Shown one piece after another: positions 62,554 through 64,000 of a stretch of DNA of 64,000 nt (positions are counted from its first letter, which is position 1; each line of letters begins with the position of its first letter). Origin of the DNA: Octopus vulgaris (taxonomy: Eukaryota); NCBI GenBank assembly GCA_951406725.2, contig OX597819.1:28458001-28522000 (forward strand). Reading direction: 5' to 3'. The translations under genes and the position numbers were made by a program. The notes under the pieces are model-generated. The model made no database searches. It saw only the letters and a program-made list of their open reading frames with translations, and was not told the origin of the DNA.

Positions 62554-64000
62554 GTAAGATACTGAAATGAATACCTTGGGTAAAATGTATAAATTTAATT
62601 TAATAGAATCACTTTATCCACACACTCTTAAAACAAATATTTAAGTACAGACTTTTGTTAAGATTAAAGTAGAGTTAATTTTTGTTTTTTGCTTGTATTT
62701 TTTTTCCAAATCATCTTTATCATTTTACTTGTTAGTATGATTAAGAAATTTGCTTTGTAATCATATGGCTTCAGGTCTCATCTCAATGTGTGACACCTTA
62801 GGCAGATGTTTCTACTATAGCTTTGGGCTGACCAAATGTCTTGTGAATGAATTTTAGTGGATTGAAACTATAAGGAAGCCCCATGGATGTGTGTGTGTGT
62901 AATATATAGGTAATTAAGGTAAATCCCAACCGTTTCCTCTTGAAGCATATCTCTTTATTTCATTATTACAATCCAGTATGTAGTCTCAGTTGCTACAGTA
63001 TGTTAGTCAAAATACATATTAAAATTGAGAATTATTGAAATATTATTTGCAGAGTTATTGTATCACGAAAGAGGAAATTGGAAATTTTTTGGTTTCATTT
63101 GCTAATAAGAATTAGATTATGTCTCTGTCTGAAGAATTCCTAATAGGAAATTTCTTACATCTCTATCTAATATGTAAAACTTTGTAACTCCTATTAGCAA
63201 ATGAATCACATGTAAAGGTGAATAAATAATACCAAAAAATTTCCTGTTTTGTTTTGTGTGTGTGTGTGTGTGTGTGTGTACATGCATACATAGGAATATT
63301 TCTGTGGGTCTTCACATTGTCACCTTGTGAGAAATAGCAGTGATAGTGCTTATGTTGTCATTTGTAAAATATATGTCTCAAAGCCTAGCAGTTTTCAATG
63401 TATGTGAAGGCCAGCAAAATAAAAATTCCTTATTTGAAAAACAATAAAGGGTTGGTGTCAGGAAGGCCATCCAGTTATAGAACAATGCCTCAATGCTTTC
63501 ATGGTCCAATCCAGGAAAGCGTGGAAAAAGCAGAAGTAAAGTTGATGCTAAAAGTGGATAAGTAGGTTACAAATGATTGAATCAAGTATTTGACAGTTGA
63601 GATAGATTAATATGTCTTTTGCTTTAAAGGTATGAATTAAGATTGAACCTATGATCTTAACCTCACAGCAACTGTAAAATTATATAGATTTGAATTTTTG
63701 TTATCAGTTTTTGGCATTCTCTAAATTCCAATTATAAATCCAATTTCGAAATCGAATTGAACCAGCCAGGATCCCTGGTCTGGTGGTACGTAAAAAGCAC
63801 TATCCGACTTGTGGCCGATGCCAGCGCTGCCTCGACTGGCTTCCGTGCCGGTGGCACGTAAAATACACCAATCCGACTGTGGCCGTTGCCAGCCTCGCCT
63901 GGCACCTTTGTGCAGGTGGCACGTAAAAAGCACCCACTACACTCGCGGAGTGGTTGGTGTTAGGAAGGGCATCCAGCTGTAGAAACATTGCCAGATAAGA

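Overview
AT-rich, repeat-dense eukaryotic genomic DNA. The SINE, microsatellite and RTE-LINE content suggests an octopus, but that is inference. Three intron-containing genes were reconstructed from GT-AG boundaries and reading-frame continuity: the last five exons of NDUFAF7 (+, 1161-14687), a four-coding-exon ANKRD49 (-, 33677-26545) and the first nine coding exons of PIGA (+, 36714 to beyond 62553), head-to-head with ANKRD49. The rest is mostly transposon-derived: RTE LINEs, CR1-like 3' ends, three tRNA-derived SINE families, Merlin-like, piggyBac-like and Tc1/pogo-like MITEs, non-autonomous Helitrons and Penelope-like remnants. The three most unusual observations are: (1) a C4HC3 PHD finger inserted inside the RTE reverse transcriptase domain; (2) a TSD-bounded 743-bp element whose inverted arms each carry a minimal hammerhead-ribozyme motif; (3) a candidate structured RNA on the minus strand between the divergent ANKRD49 and PIGA starts. 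All calls were made by eye, and no database searches were run.
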